Notes: a model not told the origin generated them from the letters alone. A stretch of DNA of 64,000 nucleotides from Patescibacteria group bacterium (GCA_028718605.1 JAQULM010000002.1:193776-257775), one strand, 5' to 3'. Shown: positions 21,001 to 25,747, counted from the first letter of the stretch. Program-made: numbers and translations.

Positions 21001-23135
21001 AGAGTAACCGTACTGCCTGCCAGCAAATCAACGTCCCAGGCGACAGATCGGACGACGTCGGTGCCGTTATAGTACGGCTGGTTGCGGCCGCCGTTCTCCG
21101 GCTTGACATCAAAATCGATCGGAAACTCCTCCTTGATGGTACCGCGGAAATCGTCCCGCACCGTCACCTCGAGCCTCATCGGCTGGTAAATGTTCGGGAA
21201 CACGCGAGTCGGGCCAAACCGTTTTACCGTAAACTGAGGCGCATCCTCTACGATAATAGTGTCCGAGAGCGAATGCGAGGTGCCCCGCACAGTCGCTACG
21301 AGATCAAGCGTATACGTGCCGGTGGCACCTGTCTGGTAGGTACCACTATAGTCCGGCTTCTGGTAGAGCTCTTTTTTCGTGCAGAAATCCGTGATTGCAA
21401 TACTTCCGTCAGCAGTCTTGAGCTCCGTTTTCTTGCCGCGCGGATCAGTCACCGTGAGGACTATTTCCGCATCACATACCGTTTGGCCAATATCATCAAC
21501 CGCACCAATCGAAACGGTTGCCGTTTCGCCTGCGTTGTACAGGGTTTGGTCAGGATTCATGGCGAGCGCTCCCCAGCTGAAACTCTGGCTGACAACCTCG
21601 GTCGTCGTATCCTGGGTCACTACCATGGTTACCGTATACTTGCCAGGCCTCGTGAACGATTCCGTATCAAACGCATAGGCTGCGGTAGTGACGCCGTCAT
21701 CTTCGCCCTCCGCGATGGTAAGCGGCGCATCCACTTCATTGCCGAGGGGGTCAAAAACGCGAACATCGTTCACGGTACGCTCTTTGGGGCTCGCGCCGAT
21801 AAAACCAAGAGGTGATTTTTCCTTCACGTCTATTTCGATCACCGGCTGCTCTCCGGGTGTAACGTCTGGCTGCTTAACATTCACGCTCCCGTGGATTTCC
21901 TCCGCGACTGGATCGGGTTCCACGAGCTCAAGGTCGAGGCGGACTCCATCAAGATACGCGATACTGCCCTCCGCCGCCGCGACCGGGTTGTACGTGACGC
22001 GGACAGCAAGGCTGGAAACGACCGACGTTTTCGTTATCTCGGGAATCGCGTATTTCCAATAGCCGCCATTCGATGAATTGCTTATGTCTTCCACGAGTGC
22101 AGTTGAATCGAGCACTTTCCATGTCGCACCGTCCATCGTATAGGATACCGTGAGAACGTCTTCGTTATTCGTAAAGCTATCAGCGGCGAGCGACAGCATA
22201 ACATACGCGCTCTGGACAGGCGTGTCCGCTACAATCCCCGCTGGCAATAGAAAGTCATTCGCTTCGAATACGGGGTCAACTTCCGTAAGGGCGCTCGGAT
22301 TTTCAATGGTCGTTTCTTCGCCAAGTACCATGCCCCCCGCATTCACTGCCGCATTGACCGGAATATCATCTTGTTTGGCGATATTCGTATTCGCTGATTT
22401 GTCGGATTTTATTTTTTCACTTGCCGGCTTGGCAGTGTTCGTTTTTTTAGGTGCCTCCTCTTCTGGGGCAGCGACGGGCACTTCAGTCGACACCATGGGC
22501 ATATTGTTGTACACCGCTGAGTTACCATCAGTAAACACTGAAAGCTTCGAATTGCTCAGTGCGTCAATATGCTTTGCTCTATCGGGCGCTTCCCACCCCT
22601 GGACGCGGGTCGGTTCAATACGGACTACCACTGGGGGTTTCTCTTCCGCACGGGCAAGATAAACATACGTAAAAAATGAAACTTGAACGATAACAAACGT
22701 AAACGCGACGAATGCCGTGGAGTAGACAAATACGGAAAACTTCCGGCTGATGAGCAGCAGCTTCAGATACTGCAGGGAAAAACCTGGTTTGATGATATAC
22801 GACTTCGGTGCCGGCGCCGGTTGCGGCTGCTTTTTCTGCCTTGGCTCAGGCTTCGCCCCATGGGATGCGTCAGGCGGGGGTGATGCCAGATAGAGCTTCC
22901 GGATAACTTCACGGTCATAGCGCCGGTCTCGGCGCGGGCCAACCCTCATTGCGGACAGCTTGCCGGACTTATCCCAATTGCGAAGCGTGTTTGGGTGCAC
23001 ACGAAAAATCTCACTCACCTGATCGATAGTGAGGAGCTTTGGAAGGGAAGTAAAGTCTACTTTTCCCCTGTCGGCATCGTCCTTCCTGCGAGCGAAGAGA
23101 TCCCCTATTCCCTTAATAAGCGCCGGAAGCTGCAC
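1..23135 (-). CDS. Giant surface/adhesin-like protein (>=7,711 aa, 3' end outside window) with N-terminal MerR/HTH_17-like domain and one TM/signal helix
   Basis: Manual translation gives the same frame (codon starts = 2 mod 3) at 23135, 22655, 20819 and positions 3-90. No minus-strand ORF in the track ends in this frame, consistent with no internal stop. An in-frame TAA lies 4 codons upstream of GTG 23135. N-terminus reads ...LPKLLTIDQVSEIFRVHPNTLRNWDKSGKLSAMRVGPRRDRRYDRE..., then FSVFVYSTAFVAFTFVIVQVSFFTYVYLARA; the body is G/T/S/N-rich. Confidence 0.92.
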   Translation of the reverse strand, partial: MQLPALIKGIGDLFARRKDDADRGKVDFTSLPKLLTIDQVSEIFRVHPNTLRNWDKSGKLSAMRVGPRRDRRYDREVIRKLYLASPPPDASHGAKPEPRQKKQPQPAPAPKSYIIKPGFSLQYLKLLLISRKFSVFVYSTAFVAFTFVIVQVSFFTYVYLARAEEKPPVVVRIEPTRVQGWEAPDRAKHIDALSNSKLSVFTDGNSAVYNNMPMVSTEVPVAAPEEEAPKKTNTAKPASEKIKSDKSANTNIAKQDDIPVNAAVNAGGMVLGEETTIENPSALTEVDPVFEANDFLLPAGIVADTPVQSAYVMLSLAADSFTNNEDVLTVSYTMDGATWKVLDSTALVEDISNSSNGGYWKYAIPEITKTSVVSSLAVRVTYNPVAAAEGSIAYLDGVRLDLELVEPDPVAEEIHGSVNVKQPDVTPGEQPVIEIDVKEKSPLGFIGASPKERTVNDVRVFDPLGNEVDAPLTIAEGEDDGVTTAAYAFDTESFTRPGKYTVTMVVTQDTTTEVVSQSFSWGALAMNPDQTLYNAGETATVSIGAVDDIGQTVCDAEIVLTVTDPRGKKTELKTADGSIAITDFCTKKELYQKPDYSGTYQTGATGTYTLDLVATVRGTSHSLSDTIIVEDAPQFTVKRFGPTRVFPNIYQPMRLEVTVRDDFRGTIKEEFPIDFDVKPENGGRNQPYYNGTDVVRSVAWDVDLLAGSTVTLGYTFKSPEKSPALYALGPAQAGDWQEHRAWQLAIDPAYMYLLATSGTAADGWTNQTTYDGASAVFLRGAATYGGTGGTATHTPTVTGATVAQTTTGLAHTCLRSCTARAAYSHAHTTTAPTAGPADNNPAFHSFYLWKSNAQNPTTIPQNTFMFSSASQSGSWTRFSAADSRLVKLTNSHTTGGSDTHTHGMTSWGSLAASTGTYNVGLVFADVPPSYSVNSHTHAAPANSTSDSKTSVPPYVQTMIYQQTNATPQSIPQNTIGMFDADPGTNWDVISDASPYQNNFVQGFSTESGTGGSATHDDTAATATVAGATTDSYFSTGTNVAPDDHTHTVTATITAGSDHTPPYVNFVMAKCTATGGCSGASISGNVYSDEGSTLISGTPTIRLLVNGTNTACGGGACTATVTSGAYTISNITTVSGDVLTLYLDTDGTPLATTVTVGTGSDLTGIDLYQNDLIVRYETGSSITNTQILTGYGTYADTDILYYTAGTPALTVGNLTNSNIELHIWTSKTYAPAGTVTTQGTGGLHIDDSGAMTTGGATSIAQNLAIDTSGLLTVEAYDLTVTGTTSITGTLTISNPTGTKIFVGAVTVNAGGTWTNSGDSDVTFRGGLTNNSANTFTAGPGTYTFDTNAQAIGGTNEISLTIVTVTGVTLTNNGTLTVTKGLAGTGGLTNSATGTLNISFSGAVGITTLTASAVGNTVNYMYGGAQTVKATAYHHLGFGTSGAKTLTSLTTVKGNLTWSGTATGTATSALAVTGNLIIDDTANFSAGAVNLTVSGTTSITGTLTFNSATGTKTLSGAVTINDGGTWKNSANEGFTFRGGFTNNSAVSHTWGTGVYLFNLSDQAIGGTNAISVANMTVNLCTLTNNGTLTVSTALAGSGILANSATGTLNINGTSTITTMTATAVGNTVNYTGGSQTVHSNAYHHLGLSGSGTKILTGITTIAGNLTMAGTALATTISGTSIGGNLTVGSGTACALTQGAGPLGVTGDVSIGATATLTGASGQTLTVSGNFTNSGTFTHGSGTVLLAGSAQQTVTGTITFSTLTVTNSSGSDPQTSPSVIFADGTDYSTGTLNVTTGNAKLRFPVGPTYSFTVSTTLNLNSSTSDKIYLRSNDSGIAWLFNVPASQVVYDVDVSRSTASASIDASDASNVNSLFNTNWNFGSLTISGTAYTNETGTTLNSSGGSIKLVNSTTGATFSDADGTDGSGAWSIAGVTGTTAGDILTIWINDTTADGTLVLKYGASCTDAPNCTGLSIYQNRVILRNEHSGSIANSDLASCDNDTGTNCTGDTEIGFTSNSNAMLVNSNLELHIWTGDTYDPGGTVTTQGTGDLHVDDSATASLDTTGNTIGNNIAIDASATLTVEANTTVTGGADGGVSTAGILNHTAGTFTIGDGTDEDLTITGGTATLGGGNTVIKDDINHCTAGTLNINAGSNVDVLSTSGILNMGNGCSATAVLNLAGGSLDVGNHMFLDAGTVNLSGGTHRAGVSADGIVELARYANGGMTFNMTGGELIGRAVIVYNNETLTTTTVSGGTLTVDDLIGGLDTAAWYQWSDDSPKFYNLKFNDTANSFNSSNLLTYLNGSLTNTSGTLTASSRSVTIEGNFTNGGTFVPGSGTVSMVGTGSINGESDTTFYNLTIGDATAGTVTIEGSEDPTITTGGTLNIDTGDTLSISAGRRLTHSSTVAITFNGTISGAGTLRFNNLSAGPGSGGTLSSVVRFDATSADITSTIFDARTYGGPVEFYASNVDLGAFITAPASGTFTFSSSVTTTCSGCIGGLTLDLDDTTDPTVSIGGAFTIGASTVVLAPSSTTLTLNGNLTDNGTFTHDAGTVLMASTGDVQIDGSSDTSFNNLTLGDGSSYRGVVVASGGTNDPTVAGTLNITATTQVEIETGRALTLASTGTLTFPNNSSILGSGTFVYKPTTAFPTTGTLSWSTTIRFDATAGNQTMSARTDYGPIEIYSTNVSPMSVIAGAGTLTLHSTLDITTVYSAVTLDLNTNDPTTTITGAITINEAGVLSAPSTVSDTAFRVLGDYTNGGTFADNGGQMTIAGTGAQSFSGSLDGMSNFGAVEVTNTNATGVTFNGFFELTGAFTATQGGTHLNFDSGGWYVNGALTLTGASGNLIYLRSTSDGTYYPTYFYSTISVSYVDVRDSDASVWAPVYASNSVNSGHNLDWYFAVTMSGSVYQTDENTKITSAAKTVVLVVDGSTTACGGGACTAETSSGDWTINNVMVQSGSNVLVYLDGETEKATTVVASTGAATSGIALYQDRLAVRADNTGTITNANIFTAKGVVSDTDILYSGTSPNLTVSSGIELHINGSDSLDPGGTVTTQGTSGNVHVDDAGAMYTDTATSVIAGGVTIDAGSSFSVGATTTVALDITIADSATLGGTGDLTVNGGDITGTGTIYFTAGTVTLGASGNLGVDASNTLSSLRISGPTTTATHSMTISGTLTVDASSVFSVNVSKTIKVTTSISLGGTITGDGILVYYGSTAFPGTGTMSIAITYINPKNNNQSITARTFTGDVIVGTLGTELLGGARIVTMLAGSFTVIGDLKMIDDPTTTLTLTAATNDPSVAVSGDLTIAGTNGHTTLNAGASTWTVSGSAHFGVGGETPANGVFTAETNGTLIMNGTGTLKSTSDDTYYHVTLSGADVTIASGGTVTMNGDLVLSDTVTATGSTVKMTGTSRTITGGSQTLANLEIDPSSSSTITLQTSALAVAGTLTVASGDTLSLSVVGLTHSGTTDIAGTGTISGTGTLIFNSTTTGGPGTAATITVPVRFDASAGSIPAAVFDARTYGGTVNFYSGSGTARTVTSAASGTYTFSGAVSTTCSSCGGLTIDLDDTTDPTVAFSSTLTVGATTTLTPPSGTTMTVVGAAAINGTLSGSGSITANGGWTGSGIVTLSAGTFTHNVSTSVGFGSTSGSNDWTFYNLTHTNPVSSTPTVTYSAGGTGKIIVSNAYTITNDHVMSDALVVTDNTNDRNLDVNGDVTLSGFCQFTLSNSATFTVGGSWSFTGGMASAPTGSTVTFDATTTGKTITPSGSFYNVTFAGSGGAWAFTEGAQLNGALNITLGAVTAPPSDTLTVNGNFTNSGTFTHGSGTVLLGGASQQTVTGTITFSTLTITNSSGTDAQTDPSVIFASGYNYSVGTLNVTTGNAKLRFPVGPTYSFAVTSTLNLNSSDSNKIYLRSNTAGTQWRFNVSGSPVVYDVDVKDSNAIGSTIDATDSSNVDSTNNTNWTFSAVLTISGTIYTNEGSTTYNCSTDNLTVTLKVNGLGSYSNTCTSSGGTYSISSVTAAAGAVVTVFLDGETPDAVTVTRSSGSNLTGINLYQNRVIVRHEDAGPTSNANLGQYDYDDDTDIPFTSNSNNLVVNDGAKLYIWGGDTLTPGGTITTSPASDCSGADGDIYIGASATLNMAANALSAGGDLVAGEGTLSYSGTPTATFTATGVGCTLTGDISFYNLTFNGSGGGWSWDQSNTVSVDGAVTVTAGTVSGGGNLTINGGGFTGNGTVNLTTTGVVTMNETGNLGGTTPWTLASLTVATGETVTTTGDITVSNILIVSATNAISIGSGTSLTMSGSSFSFGGTLSGSGTFIVSGQPAFPTNGTISCPVRFDITDQPSGYQIGGRTFGGNVDFYSYDTSLKQIQLGTDFSQTFTFIGDFNITAANNGGMQVLANTYDPTVNITGSIDYLGAGSGTEYLAPGAGTWTVTGSIDFSLGSSNSTGVFVMNGASVNFYGASLTVTSLTTTGTGTVTVQSAVMIGTLTVGSGTTLNANAGVTVTGSATGDGILTYSSGTPTFTLSGTGSLGGDTGWTFYNLTLSISSSNLTTTAAGGGIMTINGVLTTSCADTNFDDACDVYHTLNLGTKTWTLANVAASSAPFVNQGRIVGSTSVFIYAGSTSLNIASATNATTNYYYDLRLQPTDTATFTLPYASSGNPLRVNGSLLVGNGTNSVTMTGTAQNTNIAVGTDFSCTAGASTTVETGTGTWTIGGHLDLTNCDTFTATSGHTFTMTGASKNYTSGGQTIYNLTTSGSASVTVATNAATLSGNLTVGSGTFLYADQSVTVNGGSITGDGTITYSTGTPTVTIGFVGNYDDGQIGGDSDWTFYNLVFQQTGSNAGDITTAIGSGSMTVDNVMTIQGYAATCMIMEGRNDCRHLLYAGAKQWNFTDSGTPLVSTSGMFSPQTSTVRYTGTGATNIASTTYGSLSFYRLYLQPSGAGNPAYTLPSTLIITNNLLIGDGVNAVTVNGTTNNPSSTIGGNLSCTAGATNTINSGTGTWTIGGNIDLTACTYTATANNTVRMSGASGTITAGGTAFYNFGANGTLSTVTGTDFSVTNTLTVYSSKELAIETSRTVTVTSTGSVTLSGTISGAGRLTYQSGNTFPATGTISCVMRYDATTAGVNPDVITRAYGGDLELYTNATDSTRTFYLGTVAGTITVGGSFYIISDNGFAASVNGDTYNPALDITGGFYLMENSTGSAEISTGTGTYTVAGSVNFGTGGFYASNLLKMTGTSKTLTSGGNSMNSFEVASGSTTMVGAAALTGTLTISGGILTAPSGGALSVAGSFLNTGGTFTHNNSSVSLTTAAAASVSGNNTFYDFTIQPGAAKTVTFADGSTTTVTHTLIFDGDSGQVVTLKSQTNDVHWNLKMNGTSQTINYVSVRDSDACSGTYNIQAYDGTNSNVSNNHCWDFTFITVSGITDSTLCDQTVAIAVGDDRLPQTDQITCEGTYPFSIMIGAQSADAIISVWVDGVGEASEATAITKYDGSGDITGMVLTPHSLTLGSTSESATISKTNLTQAYNRYYDEDIVHGYPIDQSNQYGPGWNELLWPIDYSDDYDDERFRVLSGTTFTMTSTWGEENGTFDSLETHDLLNEGTITITNDGKGPTFKIGGSWTTTGTFNQDISQVQFLSATTETIAPGGQPFYDVFFNNAAGSWNNTAAMSVLNDLTHAAGLVWGSQDVTVNGDVQCFGTCGSLVFTGGTFTQSVAAARNFGSDGLESTWSFNNLTFSGSTYTVTAQGTGTNTVGGTLTVSAGNTLDAGAKTWALTHNGSPLVIGGSVTPSTSTFSFTGGNSTFVPDATYYNLEVKPSVNGASHTLSNDQTGEITINNNLTIGDGDHFGCTVTGAAFLMDLDVNNDVTIISGTSFVAPGSYATFTVGGNWTGDFFTHSSGTVTFDANTTGKTISNMSNWNNIVFNNANGGWSFTDGATLVGDLTVAAGTLSGTSSIDIQGGDFTGAGIVNLTGGTVTLGNASGTVGGTGASPATDWNLNNISLTAPSPCTANKTTSTASGASKMKIAGQITGGSCSCGDECSFHHILNPGAKTWELSYSGSPLVSLTMTGGTSLFRYVGSGMTVNAGAFSYYDLEIDPVSETTYTFESFYVSHDLTIAPPAMLTVDYGTSVIAVGSDGVTSTLDAGGQTLNTIGTNISSGAETLNLVSNLTLASKLNIGATDTVSIDTGHTVTVLYSDNASPGISIGGTLTGDGNVIYRDNTDVTGTTINCDFQYDAKDLGGNVTINPRTWGADLEFENTGTTSSLSYVLDSGTHTLSSGNLTVKSTGTGGITLDGATNNPTVTVTASNLSFGSDTNSKTVTTGTGTWTFGGNVDFTGTNATFTATSGNTLKMNGSSKTLTTAGQSLHHFEVSAGSTTMSGTTTLNGTLTVSGGTLTAPSGGTLSVAGSFLNTGGAFVHNNSTVYLTSTGAAAISGDNTFRNLSVSGIGGAKTITFANGSITTVTNSLTFNGASGQVVTLQSQTADTAWYLNMNGTAQTIHYVSVRDSNACSGTYHIRAYDGTNANVSNNQCWDFSSVTVSGTSNASDDTIVAAAINSSRQAQTGSVANGEWTITIGTPTAGDTITVWLDLVDLAAESTAITKFVSGNITGMALSANVLSVGGSGTPSLDGSDFNKYDAGYDEDVMFDCISAAGYTINLDGGGPYESEKLSILPNTTVTLEQVGGGTPRSDYLYTHDLEVQNGGTLANSGGPGLYVSGSWSVGTSGTYTAGSENISFTSTTSGETIDNSSSSFYDVTFDGTGGAWSFANKPTTVTHNFTITNGTVTAPGDTLSVGGNLANSGTFTHNSGTVTMTGTANTIAGGGNAFNNVTINPSSTGTITLQASDLSVSGTLTVAANDTLSIASGRTLSLNSASSLTLTGTISGDGILRYYSISNAFPTGGTITADLAFDGKFGNQSMNARTYGGDVSLENTAASASPQSVTMLAGTYIFSGNVVIGEDHMTLTGAANDPTVTIAGNLEALSAAATGTVNTGAGQWTVSGNVEFFYTGEPGGGGVFTAESGGVLEMDGTGTTLSADINSTFGNIIFTGGDMINTHAYGNIIAANDITVDSTIVNMDSDVTVNGGDIILTGTSPTIDYTTGSPIITMTGTGAIGGGSSPSITFYNVAVGSGTTATTTLTSPATVANDVSVGTDSTFNINADLAVNGGDLTTTTTGIINTTSGTPTVTMSGTGNLGGGSGAVTLYNLTTSGSGTTTVASTATINNDVSIGSGTTLAGTSDLTVIGGDFAGAGTVTMGGGTVEIRGTGNFSNSSNTWTFNNLMFGLGALCSGADYTTSGVGTGEVEIAGEFSQQICGCGESCSSIHYLSAASGVSKTWTLLGSGTPIKDNVLYLSNYTSEESTFRFRGTDTTNITGGNYHNLVLSPASGSPDYNLGSVQLYGDLAIDETASIDHGTNMLRMRGDGTTINAGGKTLYDVVFDGTGATVTAENTGFTVSRVLQVNNGDTFAIGSGQTVSHTGMAFILSGTATVTGDGTMRFTSTSCGPGTTGTMDADVLYDSTEGAIESTTIDARTYGKDVEIYNNRDLVSSTTVSLASGAYTIGGNFYLRADNTQNIGLIGYDNNPSVTIGGDVDFLGVGSGMEVINSGTSAWTVGGNVDFTDGDYNPGTGNTFIMTGSAPQKTLTSAGEGLENFSVTGTGDVKAADAMDVNGAFLLDDTGKFQQADAGNLNVAGNFMLESGTTFTRSATSGVLIFDGDLTFNDKNAAKQD

Positions 23136-23202
23136 ACGAATGTATTAAATTGTGCTTACGTTAGTCAAGAACCAATCTTAACTTACCAAACATTACAGCA
23201 AC

Positions 23203-23231
23203 AGTATATCACATATTATGCGTCTTGTCCA
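23203..23231 (-). promoter_or_regulatory. Sigma70-type promoter of the giant gene
   Basis: Minus strand TGGACA-17 nt-TATACT, about 70 nt upstream of the GTG. Confidence 0.6.
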
Positions 23232-23243
23232 GGACTTGAAAAC

Positions 23244-23279
23244 AAAAGAAACGCTGGGGTTCACGGGAATCCCAGCGCT
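23244..23279 (-). terminator. Intrinsic terminator after plsX
   Basis: CGCTGGGATTC/GAACCCCAGCG hairpin followed by TTTCTTTT on the minus strand. Confidence 0.7.
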
Positions 23280-23300
23280 ACTTGATTGGCGCGAAGCCAA

Positions 23301-24344
23301 TTAATGATTCTGCATCTGGTCGTGGATCATGGACACGATTCCAGCATTCACCTCCTTGCATGCCATGGCAATGGCATGCTTAAACGCTTCTGGCGTAGAT
23401 CGGCCATGTGCCTTGATAACTACACCGTTCACACCCAGTAATGGCACGCCACCATACCGCTGGTAATCGAAAGCCCGCTTTAAAGATCCGATTGTAGATT
23501 TGAGAAAGATTTTTCCGCCGATGAGCGCAAAAATCTTTTGGCTCAAGTGGCCCGACCGGACAATCTGCCGAAGCATATCTTCCATTGTCGGCTTGAAACC
23601 TTCGGCCATCTTCAGAACAATGTTGCCGGTGAACCCGTCAGTTACGAGGACATTGCACTCACCAGAAAATACACGATTTCCTTCGATATTACCAGAGAAT
23701 ACAACCTTTCCATCCTCGCTCAACCGAACGAGTAACTGGTGCACTTTTTGGGTAAGTTCATTGCCCTTACCTCTCTCGGATCCGACGTTAATCAACCCAA
23801 CTCGCGGAGAATCAAAACCGAGAACCAGCCGAGCATAAATTGCTCCCATAACGGCAAACTGCTCAAGGTACACCGGCTTACAATCTGCATTGGCACCAAC
23901 GTCAAGGACCAAACTCGGATTGCCGGTGAGTGTCGGGAAGGTAGCAGCGAGCGCTGGCCGACGGATACCCTCAATCCGCTGGAGTCGGCGCAGGGCAACT
24001 GCAAGCAGCGCGCCAGTATTTCCAGCGCTTAGAAATGCATCCGCCGCGCCATCTCGCACCAACTGGAGCCCGACATGCATAGAAGAATCAAGCTTGTTAC
24101 GCAACATGTCACCTGGCTGGTCTCCCGGTTCGACCACCTGTGTTGTATGATGGATGCTCAATCGCGTGGTTCCATTGTGCTTATGGCGCCCGAGTTCTTG
24201 CTCAACTTTAGCCTTATCACCGATTAGTACCAGTGAAAAATCACCCGGTAGTTCTTTCAAAGCCAGCAGCGCACCATGAACAGGATGTGACGGATAAAAA
24301 TCTCCGCCCATGGCGTCGACTGCAATACGAACGTGTTGTGGCAT
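23301..24344 (-). CDS. plsX: Phosphate acyltransferase PlsX
   Basis: IAVDAMGGD, SAGNTGA, LDVGANAD, DGFTGN and GGVPLLGVNG..IKAHGRS motifs; SD AGAGGAGG. Confidence 0.95.
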   Translation of the reverse strand: MPQHVRIAVDAMGGDFYPSHPVHGALLALKELPGDFSLVLIGDKAKVEQELGRHKHNGTTRLSIHHTTQVVEPGDQPGDMLRNKLDSSMHVGLQLVRDGAADAFLSAGNTGALLAVALRRLQRIEGIRRPALAATFPTLTGNPSLVLDVGANADCKPVYLEQFAVMGAIYARLVLGFDSPRVGLINVGSERGKGNELTQKVHQLLVRLSEDGKVVFSGNIEGNRVFSGECNVLVTDGFTGNIVLKMAEGFKPTMEDMLRQIVRSGHLSQKIFALIGGKIFLKSTIGSLKRAFDYQRYGGVPLLGVNGVVIKAHGRSTPEAFKHAIAMACKEVNAGIVSMIHDQMQNH

Positions 24345-24451
24345 GACGCCTCCTCTGTATTCTTAAGACGAGTTAATGTTCGCTGTTTATTACACTATAT
24401 GTTCGCGCATTGTACCACGCCGGGGACGTACGCACAAGAAGCCCGAAAATG

Positions 24452-24485
24452 AAAAAGCTCGCTGGGGCAGCAGCGAGCATTTTTT
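24452..24485. terminator. Bidirectional-type terminator
   Basis: AAAAA-GCTCGCTG-gggcag-CAGCGAGC-ATTTTTT. Confidence 0.65.
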
Positions 24486-24519
24486 ATAGATCAGCAGGAT
24501 CACGTCAATCGCCAGACGT

Positions 24520-25113
24520 TTATTTCGGATAACTGGCAATCTGATCGTACGGGGTCCGGCACACGTCCAGGAAGCCGGCGAAGCGTTCGATAACGACCGC
24601 CAGATCGGGATACTGGTCCACGAGACTCCGTAACTCTCTCATGACGGCATCATACACTACACCGAGGGGAAAGTACGACGGGTGAATGACGCGAGCTTTT
24701 CCGCCAGCACATCCGTTGATGACGACATCCGTGCTGAGAATCCATCCGGTCGCCCCGAGCTGTCCTTCGCTTGCCTGGAGGGAAGCAAGGAGCACCTGGT
24801 AATCACGGTAAATGTTCTCTCCCGGGCCAAAGGGTGCGTACTTCCGGACTGCTACTGTACACACCGGATTACCGGGCGTTTCCGTAGCGGAGTACGAAAC
24901 GTCAGCCGAGCAGAGGCGGGCGGCCATTGAACGCTTGTCGCGAACAGTCGTATGGATCTGCAATTTACAGACCCGAATAGGGGAAAACAGTGCTTCCCCC
25001 GTAAGTACCTGCTCCAGCCCTACTGTCGGCATTGCATCACACGTGCCGCGGATGAACACCCTTGATTCAACGTAGCCTGTGAGCGCCCCGAGGGCAAGTC
25101 CTAAATCAGCCAT
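24520..25113 (-). CDS. Orphan hypothetical protein (197 aa)
   Basis: SD GGAGG before ATG; own promoter TTGACA-17-TACAGT (~25224-25252); terminator downstream. Confidence 0.7.
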   Translation of the reverse strand: MADLGLALGALTGYVESRVFIRGTCDAMPTVGLEQVLTGEALFSPIRVCKLQIHTTVRDKRSMAARLCSADVSYSATETPGNPVCTVAVRKYAPFGPGENIYRDYQVLLASLQASEGQLGATGWILSTDVVINGCAGGKARVIHPSYFPLGVVYDAVMRELRSLVDQYPDLAVVIERFAGFLDVCRTPYDQIASYPK

Positions 25114-25269
25114 AATTCCTCCAATCGCCTAGAGCCGTCAATGGCCCATCGGCTATGGTGTAAGGTTTCAATTGTGAAAATGCTCCGGCTGCCCCCGGAG
25201 CGTTAGCTATTTTGTGTTATGGTACTGTACCAAGAGGTCTATCCGGTGTCAACCCAGAGAATATAGAAG

Positions 25270-25304
25270 TGCGGCACTTTCCCTGTCCCATGGAAAGTGC
25301 CGCA
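25270..25304 (-). terminator. Hairpin terminator
   Basis: TGCGGCACTTTCC / GGAAAGTGCCGCA perfect 13-bp inverted repeat just past the 25325 stop. Confidence 0.65.
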
Positions 25305-25324
25305 ACGTAAGCTCCATACCCAAT

Positions 25325-25747
25325 TCACTGCAGCTCAATCTCGAACTCCTCCTTCCCGACATACCGAGTAAACTCCTCGAGGAACGGGCATTTCTGCGCG
25401 GCAATAGTTCTCCCGACGATCTCCCACCAGTGTTCGACCTTCGAAATTATATTATCCCCGACCTGGTGCAAGACCGACGCAAGTAGTGGGTCATCGTTCA
25501 GCGCCGCTGCTAGAGCGATCCTCGTTCCGCCGTACTCGTCACCGTGAATCGACAAGAGTTCGACCTCCTCGCTCAACACTTGAAACTTGAGATAGCGATT
25601 TCCGAACGTCTTGTCTGGCATCGGATTGACAAACAATATTCGATATGACTGGGAATGCGGTCCGACTGAAATATGGATCGAGCCCCGATACCGGTGAATA
25701 TGCGGCTGGAGCTGCTCGAGGTAGGTACGGACAATCATAGTAGGCAT
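25325..25747 (-). CDS. Orphan hypothetical protein (140 aa; start revised to MPTMIV)
   Basis: AAGGAGG SD 5 nt before ATG 25747; promoter TTGACA-17-TATTAT (~25820-25848). The track's longer start overlaps the recA terminator. Confidence 0.7.
   Translation of the reverse strand: MPTMIVRTYLEQLQPHIHRYRGSIHISVGPHSQSYRILFVNPMPDKTFGNRYLKFQVLSEEVELLSIHGDEYGGTRIALAAALNDDPLLASVLHQVGDNIISKVEHWWEIVGRTIAAQKCPFLEEFTRYVGKEEFEIELQ

Noticed and set aside
10-22883. Dozens of + strand and short - strand ORFs (V/P/L/T-rich) in the track
   Set aside because: Shadows of the single giant minus-strand gene; their composition mirrors its Gly/Thr codons
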